Positions 10,023 to 18,138 of a stretch of DNA of 54,138 nt are shown one piece after another. How positions within the stretch are numbered: position 1 is the stretch's first letter; each line of letters begins with the position of its first letter. Position numbers and translations under genes: made by a program. This DNA comes from Novosphingobium sp. (GTDB lineage Bacteria; Pseudomonadota; Alphaproteobacteria; Sphingomonadales; Sphingomonadaceae), in assembly GCA_035653915.1 (NCBI GenBank), contig DASRYE010000041.1, forward strand, positions 1 through 54,138. The letters run 5' to 3'. A model generated the notes under the pieces. It was not told the origin of the DNA. It saw only the letters and a program-made list of their open reading frames with translations, and ran no database searches.

Positions 10023-10056
10023 CCGACATAAAACCGTCACCAAACCGTCGCATAGC
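10023..10056 (+). promoter_or_regulatory. Pho box plus -10-like element facing the virB operon
   Basis: CCGACAT-AAAA-CCGTCAC-CAAA-CCGTCGC (three 11-bp-period repeats); CATAGC starts 10 bp after the second repeat. Confidence 0.6.
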
Positions 10057-10124
10057 CCGCTCGCCCAGGTTCTTCGCAACCTGCTCACCGCTTTTGCCCC
10101 ACACCCTTTCGCCAAGGACATCTC

Positions 10125-10802
10125 GTGCGCACAGGATCGACAGCGTTGGGAGGCATGCTGGCCTTGTGCTGCAGCATCATGCCCATCGCTGCCCCCCGCG
10201 CGCATGGCCAGGTGATCGAGATCGGCGATGATGGCGTGGTGCGCCAGCGCAGCAACACCGCCGCCGTGGGCTGGACCACCCTGCCCGCCCCCGGCGCACG
10301 CCCCGCCCCCCGCGCGGGCCATGGCGCCAGCGCCCTGCCCGCTGCCAGTGTTCTTCCCGCTGCCACCTCCCTACCCGCCGGCTCCGTCGAGGCTGCCGGC
10401 GTGCCGGAGATCTGGCGCGCGCCCTTCGCGGCGGCGGCCAGCCGCTACAATGTCAGCCCGCATCTGCTTTCCGCGCTGATCTGGCAGGAAAGCCGCTGGC
10501 ACCCGCAGGCGATCAGCCCCAAGGGCGCGGTGGGCCTGGGCCAGCTGATGCCCGCCACCGCCCGCGCCCTGGCTGTCGACCCGCGTGATCCTGAGGCCAA
10601 TATCGATGGCGCGGCGCGCTATCTGCGGCTGATGCTCGACACGTTCGACGGCGATGTCGTGCGCGCCCTTGCCGCCTACAATGCCGGCGCGGCCCGTGTG
10701 GCGCGCGCTGGCGGCGTGCCCGCCATTGCCGAAACCCGTTCGTATGTCGCCAATATCCTCAACCGGGTAACGGCCACCACCACCACAGGATTGCTCAAAT
10801 GA
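10125..10802 (+). CDS. virB1: Lytic transglycosylase (VirB1-like, SLT domain)
   Basis: QES catalytic Glu, GAVGLGQLMP, AYNAG, ETRSYV; signal peptide; first gene of the virB operon; AAGGA RBS. Confidence 0.85.
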   Translation: MRTGSTALGGMLALCCSIMPIAAPRAHGQVIEIGDDGVVRQRSNTAAVGWTTLPAPGARPAPRAGHGASALPAASVLPAATSLPAGSVEAAGVPEIWRAPFAAAASRYNVSPHLLSALIWQESRWHPQAISPKGAVGLGQLMPATARALAVDPRDPEANIDGAARYLRLMLDTFDGDVVRALAAYNAGAARVARAGGVPAIAETRSYVANILNRVTATTTTGLLK

Positions 10803-11134
10803 TCAAGCGCTTTGCCCTTCGCGCCCGGCTGGCGGCCCTGTCTGCCGCCAGCAGCCTTCTGGCCTCTTCGCCGGCCCTTGCCCAGGCGGCCGGCGGCACC
10901 GATCCGGCCGGTTCCGGCCCCATCGTTGCCGCCATGGGCTGGCTGCAGGGCACGCTGCTGGGCAATGTCGCCACGGCCGTGGCGGTGATCGCGGTGGCGA
11001 TGGTGGGCTTCATGATGCTGACCGGGCGGATGAACTGGCGCTTTGGCGCCACGGTGATCATCGGCTGCTTCATCCTGTTCGGGGCCAGTGCCATTGTCTC
11101 GGGCATTCAGGCCACCGCCCAGGCCACCCATTGA
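10799..11134 (+). CDS. virB2: TrbC/VirB2 pilin
   Basis: Long signal ending PALA-Q, two hydrophobic helices, GRMNW, ILFGA. Confidence 0.9.
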   Translation: MIKRFALRARLAALSAASSLLASSPALAQAAGGTDPAGSGPIVAAMGWLQGTLLGNVATAVAVIAVAMVGFMMLTGRMNWRFGATVIIGCFILFGASAIVSGIQATAQATH

Positions 11135-11150
11135 GCCGGGCTGACAGCTG

Positions 11151-11426
11151 ATGAACCGCGCTCCGGTTTTCCGCGCCCTCACCCGGCCACAGATGTTCGG
11201 CGGGGTCACCTACAGCTTCTTCGTCATCAACATGGCGGTGACGACCGAGGCCTTCCTCATCTCGCACAGCTTCTGGGCGCTGCCGCTGGCGCTGGTGGTG
11301 CATGGGGTGGGCTATGTGGCGTGCCTGCGCGAACCGCGCGTGTTCGATCTGTGGCTGACGCGGGTCAGCCGTTGCCCGCGGGTGCGCAACTGGGCCCGCT
11401 GGGGCTGCAACAGCTACGCGCCATGA
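11151..11426 (+). CDS. virB3: Type IV secretion protein VirB3
   Basis: ALTRPQMFGGV, two TM segments, C-terminal WGCNSYAP. Confidence 0.92.
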   Translation: MNRAPVFRALTRPQMFGGVTYSFFVINMAVTTEAFLISHSFWALPLALVVHGVGYVACLREPRVFDLWLTRVSRCPRVRNWARWGCNSYAP

Positions 11427-13876
11427 GCGGGGGCAAAACCGCCAGCCGGGCCAAGGCGCCGGCCTGGAAGGGCCCGGCCGCATGGGGGCCCAGGGAAGCG
11501 CGCGCAGGGGATCGGCTGCCCTATGCGGAGCTGGCCGATGGCACCACGCTGCGCCTGCGCGATGGCTCGCTGATGGCGATGATCCAGGTGCCGGGCCTGC
11601 CGTTCGAGACAGAAGACGACGAGGCGCTCGACCATCATCTGGGCGTGCGCGAGACGATGCTGCGCTCTGCGCTGGATGCCCGCTTCGTGGTCTATCACCA
11701 TGTGCTGCGGCGGCGGGTGGAGGTCTCGCTCGACACCCCCGGCCATGGCGCGCCGGCAGATCCCTTTGCCGCCCTGCTGCATAGCCGCTGGCAGGATCGC
11801 CTCTCCACCCGCCGGCTGTTCGTCAACGAGCAGGTGCTGACCGTGCTGCGCCGCCCGGCCCGCGGCAAAACCGGCTGGCCCGAAAAGATCAGGCGCCGCC
11901 TGGCCGGCACCAGCGCCGGCCCCGATCCGGCCGACCGGCGCGCGCTGGATGCCGCCGTTACCGCGCTGGTGGCAGCGCTGGAACCCTATGGCGCGCGCGT
12001 GCTGGGCAGCTATGCCGGCCCGCGCGGCGCCCTGTTTTCCGAACCGCTGGAAATCCTCTCGGCGCTGTATAATGGCGAGATGCGCCCGGTGGCCGTGCCG
12101 CCCCAGGGCACCGATATCGGCCATCACCTGCCCTATGCGCGGGTTTCCTTCGGGCTGGATGCGATCGAGGTGGCGCAGCCATCGGGCCGCAGCTTTGCCG
12201 CGATGCTGGCGGTGAAGGATTATCCCGACAGCACCCGCGCCGGGCTGATCGACAATATCCTGCGCCTGCCGCACGAGCTGGTGCTGACCGAAAGCTTTGC
12301 CCCCGCCGACCGCCAGATCGCCCGCGAGCGGATAGATCTGGCCATCCGCCGCCTGCGCTCGGCCGACGAGGAAGCGGGCGCGGAACGGCGCGAGATGCTG
12401 GCCGCGCGCGATGCGCTGGGCGCAGGGCAAGTGGGCTTTGGCGATCATCACCTCTCGCTGATGGTGCGCGCCGGCGATCTGCCCGCGCTCGACCGGGCAG
12501 CGGCGGCAGCGGGCGCCGCGCTGGCGGATCTGGGCGCTGTGGCCGTGCGCGAGGATGTGAACACAGAGCCCGCCTTCTGGGGCCAGTTTCCCGGCAACGA
12601 AAGCTATGTGGTGCGCCGCGCGCTGATCTCCACGGCCAATGCCGCCGGCTTCCTCTCGCTGCATGGCATGCCCTTCGGCCGGCCAGAGGGCAACCACTGG
12701 GGCCCGGCCGCCACCGTGTTCGAAACCACCAGCGCCACCCCCTATTTCTTCAACTTCCACGAGGGCGATCTCGGCAATTTCACCGTCATCGGCCCCTCGG
12801 GTTCGGGCAAGACGGTGGTGTTGAACTTCCTTGCCGCCCAGGCGCAGAAATTCGCCCCCCGCACCGTCTTCTTCGACAAGGACCGCGGCGCCGAGATCTT
12901 CCTGCGCGCCATTGGCGGCCATTATGCCCGCATCCAGCCCGGCGAGCCGACCGGCTTCAACCCGCTGGCCATGCCCGACACCGCGCTGAACCGCGCCTTC
13001 CTGCGCGACTGGCTGGGGGTGATGCTGGCGGCGGAAGGGCCCGAGGAACTGGCCAGCATTGCCCAGGCGGTGGATGCCTGCATGGAGGCAGAGCCCGCCT
13101 TTCGCCGCCTGCGCCACTTCCGCGAATTGCTGGGCGGCGCGCGCCGGCCGGAACCGGGCGATCTGCCCTCCCGGCTGGATCCCTGGATCAACACCGGCGA
13201 ACACGCCTGGCTGTTCGACAACGCCCATGACGCGCTCGACCTTGATGCCCGCACGCTGGGCTTCGACATGACCGCGCTGCTCGACACGCCGGCGCTGCGC
13301 ACGCCCGCCATGCTCTACCTCTTCCACCGCATCGACGAGCGGCTGGATGGCACCCCCACCATGGTGCTGATCGACGAGGGCTGGAAGGCGCTGGACGACC
13401 CTGTCTTTGCCGCGCGCATCCGCGACTGGCTGAAAACCCTGCGCAAGCGCAACGCGCTGGTGGGCTTTGCCACCCAAAGCGCGCGCGATGCGCTCGACAG
13501 CCGCATCGCCAGCGCCATCGTCGAGCAGACCGCGACGATGATCTTCACCCCCAACCCGCGCGCGCGGCCCGAGGATTATTGCGAAGGCTTCGGCCTTTCC
13601 GCGCATGAGCTGGAACTGGTGCGCCAGTTGCCCGCCCACAGCCGCTGCTTCCTCATCCGCCATGCCAATCATTCGGTGGTGACGCGGCTGGATCTGGGCG
13701 GCGAGGCGGATATCCTCACCGTGCTGTCGGGCCGCGAGGCGAGCGTGCGCCGGCTGGATGGCCTGCGCGCCCGGCTGGGCGATGCACCCGCCGCCTGGTT
13801 CGAGGCGCTGACCGGCACCCCCTGGCCCGGCCGCGCAGACGTGCAGGCCCCCCCCCTGCCGAGCGCTGCCGAATGA
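11423..13876 (+). CDS. virB4: Type IV secretion ATPase VirB4
   Basis: FWGQFPGN, YFFNFH, Walker A GPSGSGKT, FDKDRG, FNPL, Walker B LIDEGW, RKRN..ATQS; ATG overlaps the virB3 stop. Confidence 0.95.
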   Translation: MSGGKTASRAKAPAWKGPAAWGPREARAGDRLPYAELADGTTLRLRDGSLMAMIQVPGLPFETEDDEALDHHLGVRETMLRSALDARFVVYHHVLRRRVEVSLDTPGHGAPADPFAALLHSRWQDRLSTRRLFVNEQVLTVLRRPARGKTGWPEKIRRRLAGTSAGPDPADRRALDAAVTALVAALEPYGARVLGSYAGPRGALFSEPLEILSALYNGEMRPVAVPPQGTDIGHHLPYARVSFGLDAIEVAQPSGRSFAAMLAVKDYPDSTRAGLIDNILRLPHELVLTESFAPADRQIARERIDLAIRRLRSADEEAGAERREMLAARDALGAGQVGFGDHHLSLMVRAGDLPALDRAAAAAGAALADLGAVAVREDVNTEPAFWGQFPGNESYVVRRALISTANAAGFLSLHGMPFGRPEGNHWGPAATVFETTSATPYFFNFHEGDLGNFTVIGPSGSGKTVVLNFLAAQAQKFAPRTVFFDKDRGAEIFLRAIGGHYARIQPGEPTGFNPLAMPDTALNRAFLRDWLGVMLAAEGPEELASIAQAVDACMEAEPAFRRLRHFRELLGGARRPEPGDLPSRLDPWINTGEHAWLFDNAHDALDLDARTLGFDMTALLDTPALRTPAMLYLFHRIDERLDGTPTMVLIDEGWKALDDPVFAARIRDWLKTLRKRNALVGFATQSARDALDSRIASAIVEQTATMIFTPNPRARPEDYCEGFGLSAHELELVRQLPAHSRCFLIRHANHSVVTRLDLGGEADILTVLSGREASVRRLDGLRARLGDAPAAWFEALTGTPWPGRADVQAPPLPSAAE

Positions 13877-15090
13877 ACGCCTGCCCCGCCATGCAGCTGG
13901 ATGGCGCCAGCCTTGCGCAAACCCTGCGCGGGCTGGATTGCGCCATGGGGGCGGGCACGGCCACGGCCTTTTCCCGCCTGTTTGGCAGCCATGGCGCGCT
14001 GATGCCGGCGTTGACCGGGCTGCTCACGCTTTATGTCGGCTTCTTCGGCTGGGGGCTGCTTACCGGGCGCACCCGGCTGGGCCTGTCTGCCCTCACCCCG
14101 CGCATGCTCACCATCGGCCTGGTGATGACCTTTGCCACCTCGTGGATGGCCTATCAGAACGTGGTGTGGCAACTGGCGGTGGGCGGGCCCGATCAGATCG
14201 CCAATGTGATCGCCGGCGGCCACGGATCGGCGATGAACGCCTTTGCCGACAAGATCGAGATCATCTTTTCCGCCATTGCCGATGCCACGCATCAAAGCGC
14301 GGCCGGCGCCGTGGCGGCCAGCCAGGCCACCGCCGATGGCGCCTCGCGCACGGTCTCCTTCCTCTCGCCCCAGGGCATGCTGTGGATTTCCGGGCTGATG
14401 CTGCTGGTGGGCACGGTGGGGGTGATGGTTACCGCCAAGATCGTGCTGGCCGCCTTGCTGACGCTGGGCCCGGTGTTCATCGTGATGGCGCTATTTCCGG
14501 CCACGCGCGGGTTGTTCGAGGGCTGGCTGAAGGCCTCTGTCGCCAGCGCGCTGGTGCCCTTGCTGACGGTGCTGGTGGGCGGGGCGATGCTCTCGATGAT
14601 CGCGCCGCTGATCCGCGATGCGCTCAATGATTCCACCGAGCAGGCGACGCGCGGCGCGATGATGCTGTTCCTGTCGGCCTGCGTCTATGTGGCGCTGATG
14701 GTGCTGCTGGGGCGCACCGCGGCGATGATCGTCTCGGGCTGGCGGCTGCCTTTGGGCCAGCCCCCGGCGCCGGCCACAGTGGTGGCGGCAGCGGCAGCGG
14801 CCACCGCCGCGCCCGCCATCACCGCCGGCATCGCCCCCTCTTTTGCGCAGGCCGCCAACCCGCGTGTGCGCGCCATGATGGCCGGCCTCCAGGCCTCTGC
14901 CCGCGAGGCGGCCGACAGCGCCGGCACCAGCGCCGAACGCACCGAAAGGGCGCGCACGCTGGTCATGGGGCTGGCGCCTGTGGCAGCCAGTGCCGCGGCC
15001 AGCCCCGGCGATCGCCGCCTGCAGGGCGTGGGCAGCCGCTTTCGCCCCCGCCCCGATGCCTCCACCCCTTCCGCCAAGGCCCACCCGTGA
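13873..15090 (+). CDS. virB6: Type IV secretion inner-membrane protein VirB6/TrbL
   Basis: Polytopic; LLTLGPVFI..LFPATRGLFEGW motif; Ala-rich C-terminal extension. Confidence 0.88.
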   Translation: MNACPAMQLDGASLAQTLRGLDCAMGAGTATAFSRLFGSHGALMPALTGLLTLYVGFFGWGLLTGRTRLGLSALTPRMLTIGLVMTFATSWMAYQNVVWQLAVGGPDQIANVIAGGHGSAMNAFADKIEIIFSAIADATHQSAAGAVAASQATADGASRTVSFLSPQGMLWISGLMLLVGTVGVMVTAKIVLAALLTLGPVFIVMALFPATRGLFEGWLKASVASALVPLLTVLVGGAMLSMIAPLIRDALNDSTEQATRGAMMLFLSACVYVALMVLLGRTAAMIVSGWRLPLGQPPAPATVVAAAAAATAAPAITAGIAPSFAQAANPRVRAMMAGLQASAREAADSAGTSAERTERARTLVMGLAPVAASAAASPGDRRLQGVGSRFRPRPDASTPSAKAHP

Positions 15091-16007
15091 AGCTTGATCC
15101 GCTCTCTTCCTCCGCGCTTGCCCTGCTGGCAGCTGCCTTGCCCGTTCTGGCGCCCGCTGCCAGCGCCCGCCATGCACGCCACGATGCGCGCCTGGTGCCG
15201 GCTGCCGGTGCCCATGATGCACGGATCGTGGGCCGCCTCTATGATCCGGGCGTGATCGTCACCGTGCGCGGCCATACCGGCATCCAGACGACGATCGAGT
15301 TCCGCGCCGACGAGCGGATCGACAATATCGCCGTGGGCGATTCCACCGAATGGCAGGTGACGCCCAACAAGCGGGCCTCGCTGGTCTTCGTCAAGCCGAT
15401 GAAGGCCAGCAGCCACACCAACATGACCGTCATCACCGACCGGCGCACCTATCTGTTCGATCTGGTGGCGCGGCCCGGGCTGGCGCCGGCCTATATCCTG
15501 CGCTTTTCCTATGCGCCCGATCCGGTGCCGCCGCCGCCGCCCACGCTGCTGCCGGTGGAGGCCGAGATTGCCCGGGCCGGCAGCCCGCCGCCCGAAAGCA
15601 GCCCGGCCGACCTCCATTTCAACTGGGTGATGAGCGGCATGCGCAGCCTGTGGCCGGCCCGCCTGTTCGATGATGGCCAGTCCGTCTGGCTGAGCTGGCC
15701 CCGCGATGCCGAGCCGCCCGCCATCCTGCGCCACGATCCGGCCGGCGGCGACGGGCCGCTGAACTATCGCATCGCGGGCGATTACATCGTGGTGGACGGG
15801 GTGCCCGCGCAAATCACCCTGAAGCGCGGCAAGCAGACCGCCACGCTGATGGCCCCCGCCCGCCTGGTGCCCGGCAGCGATGCCCCCGCCGGCAAAACGC
15901 CGCGCCATCACAAGCCGCAAGGCACCGTGGCCGCCCCTCCGCCAGCAGCAGAGGCCGGCAAGGACAGCGCTGCCCCCGCCGCCGCCAGCACAGGCCCCCA
16001 CCCATGA
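15087..16007 (+). CDS. virB9: Type IV secretion core protein VirB9/TrbG
   Basis: Signal peptide, D-x-RI..Y, ERI..AVGD..W, FVKP, TNMTVITDRRTY, FDDG. Confidence 0.9.
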   Translation: MKLDPLSSSALALLAAALPVLAPAASARHARHDARLVPAAGAHDARIVGRLYDPGVIVTVRGHTGIQTTIEFRADERIDNIAVGDSTEWQVTPNKRASLVFVKPMKASSHTNMTVITDRRTYLFDLVARPGLAPAYILRFSYAPDPVPPPPPTLLPVEAEIARAGSPPPESSPADLHFNWVMSGMRSLWPARLFDDGQSVWLSWPRDAEPPAILRHDPAGGDGPLNYRIAGDYIVVDGVPAQITLKRGKQTATLMAPARLVPGSDAPAGKTPRHHKPQGTVAAPPPAAEAGKDSAAPAAASTGPHP

Positions 16008-17116
16008 GCCCCGCCCCCACACCGCCGAACCGCCCGCTGCCCAACCGCCCGCTACCCAGCCCTGCCGGCGAGGGCGATCCGCGCCTGAAGATGGATGACG
16101 AGGCACTGGCCATGGCCAGCCGCAACGCTTTCCCGGTGGTGGCGCAGGCCCGGCGCCGTTCCGACACGATGGGGCTGGCGCTGGGCGCGCTGGTGGCCGT
16201 GCTGTTGGGCGCGGTCACGCTGGTCTCACTCAGCCGCCACCGCACCGCGCCTGCGGCCGACCGCCTGGCCACCGCCCTGCCCACCCCCGCGCCCAGCGCC
16301 ACGCCGCACCCCGGCTTCACGCCCATTGCCCTGCCGCTGCCGGTCACGCCGGCCAAGGCGATGGCGGGCATTTCGGCCGTGGCGATTGCCGGGGCCGCCT
16401 CGCCGGCGATGGTGTACGACGGGCCGAGCGGGCCTGCGGTGGCCGCCCCTGCCGCAGCCCCTGCCGCCGCCCACGGCGGCGAGGGCGAAGGCAAGGACAA
16501 GAGCGAGGACACCGACCAGTTCCTCACCAAGGCCAACAGCGCGGTGGATACCGCCACCGCCGAGAAGATGGGCGATCCGGCCAACACCATCACGCAGGGC
16601 ACGCTGATCTCGGCCGTGCTGGAAACCGCGCTGGATTCCGACCTGCCCGGCTATGTGCGCGCGCTCGTCACCGAGAATGTGCGCAGCTTCGATGGCTCCA
16701 GGGTGCTGATCCCGCGCTATTCGCGGCTGATCGGCCAATACAAGTCGGGCCTCGCCACCGGCCAGCAGCGCGCCTATGTGGTGTGGACAAGGCTCCTGCG
16801 GCCCGATGGCGTGTCGGTGGCGCTGGGCTCGCCGGGCATTGATTTTGGCGGCCAGTCGGGCCTCACCGGCAAGGTCTACAGCCATTACCTGCAGCGCTAT
16901 GGTCCCTCTGTCGTGCTCTCGGTGCTAACGGGGCTCGCCACCCAGTCGGGCAATTCGGTGGTGGTTTCCACCGGCAACACCGCCTCTTCCGTGGCCGCCC
17001 AGCACGACACCCAGATCCCGCCGACGATCAAGGTGGCCGCCGGCTCGCCGATCCGGGTGTTCATGGCGCGCGATCTCGATTTTTCCAGCGTGACCGGCGC
17101 GGGCCGCAAGCCGTGA
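16004..17116 (+). CDS. virB10: Type IV secretion core protein VirB10/TrbI
   Basis: N-terminal TM, Pro/Ala-rich linker, QGTLISAVLETALDSDLPG, VVWTRL, G-G-V..H, IPPTI, RDLDF. Confidence 0.93.
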   Translation: MSPAPTPPNRPLPNRPLPSPAGEGDPRLKMDDEALAMASRNAFPVVAQARRRSDTMGLALGALVAVLLGAVTLVSLSRHRTAPAADRLATALPTPAPSATPHPGFTPIALPLPVTPAKAMAGISAVAIAGAASPAMVYDGPSGPAVAAPAAAPAAAHGGEGEGKDKSEDTDQFLTKANSAVDTATAEKMGDPANTITQGTLISAVLETALDSDLPGYVRALVTENVRSFDGSRVLIPRYSRLIGQYKSGLATGQQRAYVVWTRLLRPDGVSVALGSPGIDFGGQSGLTGKVYSHYLQRYGPSVVLSVLTGLATQSGNSVVVSTGNTASSVAAQHDTQIPPTIKVAAGSPIRVFMARDLDFSSVTGAGRKP

Positions 17117-18093
17117 ACCTGCCCGCGAGCGACACCGCCAGCCCGCCGGGCGGGGTCTATCTCAACGCCTATCTGGCGCCGCTGGAACAATGGCTGGCAC
17201 GCGAGGATGTGACCGAGATCCTCGTCAACCGCCCGGGCGAGGTGTGGATCGAGGCGGCCGGGCAAGGCATGCTGCGCCATGCCGCCCCCGCTATCGACGA
17301 CCGCCACCTGCAGCGCCTGGCCGAGCAGGTTGCCCGCGTCAGCCACCAGGGCATCAACCGCGAGCGGCCGCTGCTGGGCGCGGTGCTGCCCGATGGCGCG
17401 CGCGTGCAGTTCGTGGCGCCCTCTGCCACGCGGGCCCATTGGGCCATGGCCATCCGCCGCCACCGCATGGTCGAACTGCCGCTTTCGGCCTATGATCACG
17501 GCCCCCTGCCGCCGCCGCCCACGCTGGCCGGCGTGCCCGATCCCGCGGCCGATCCGGTGGGTTTTCTCCACCATGCGGTGCAGGCGAAGTGGACGGTGCT
17601 GGTTTCGGGCGGCACCTCCAGCGGCAAGACGACCTTCCTCAACGCGCTGCTGGGCGCGGTGCCGGCCGAAGAGCGCGTGGTGGTGATCGAGGATACGCCC
17701 GAAATCCGCCTGCGCCATGCCAACAGCCTGGGCCTGGTGGCGGTGAAGGGCGAGATGGGCGAGGCGAAGGTCTCTACCGACGATCTGCTGCAGGCCTCGC
17801 TGCGGCTGCGGCCAGACCGGATCGTGGTGGGCGAATTGCGCGGGCGCGAGACGGTGAGCTTCCTCAGGGCCATCAACACCGGCCATCCGGGCTCGTTCTC
17901 CACCATCCATGCCAGTTCGCCCGCCGGCGCGCTGGAGCAGCTGGCTCTGATGACGATGCAGGCCGGCCTTGGCCTCAGCCGGCACGACACGCTGGAATAT
18001 GCCCGCACGATGATCGATGTGATCGTGCAGCTGGACCGCGCGCAGGGACAAAGGGGCATCCGCGCGATCGAATGGCTGCGCCGGCCTGATTGA
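17113..18093 (+). CDS. virB11: Type IV secretion traffic ATPase VirB11
   Basis: VTEILVN, LPDGARVQ, Walker A GGTSSGKTT, IEDTPE, LRLRPDRIVVGELR, NTGHPGS..TIHA. Confidence 0.95.
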   Translation: MNLPASDTASPPGGVYLNAYLAPLEQWLAREDVTEILVNRPGEVWIEAAGQGMLRHAAPAIDDRHLQRLAEQVARVSHQGINRERPLLGAVLPDGARVQFVAPSATRAHWAMAIRRHRMVELPLSAYDHGPLPPPPTLAGVPDPAADPVGFLHHAVQAKWTVLVSGGTSSGKTTFLNALLGAVPAEERVVVIEDTPEIRLRHANSLGLVAVKGEMGEAKVSTDDLLQASLRLRPDRIVVGELRGRETVSFLRAINTGHPGSFSTIHASSPAGALEQLALMTMQAGLGLSRHDTLEYARTMIDVIVQLDRAQGQRGIRAIEWLRRPD

Positions 18094-18138
18094 TAGCTGC
18101 GCCGGCCGGGCTGATGCCCCGCCGGCGCCGCCGGGCCC

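Noticed and set aside
10125-18093. Conjugative element/ICE interpretation of the virB operon
   Set aside because: No relaxase, coupling protein, integrase or att sites; flanks and composition are core-like.
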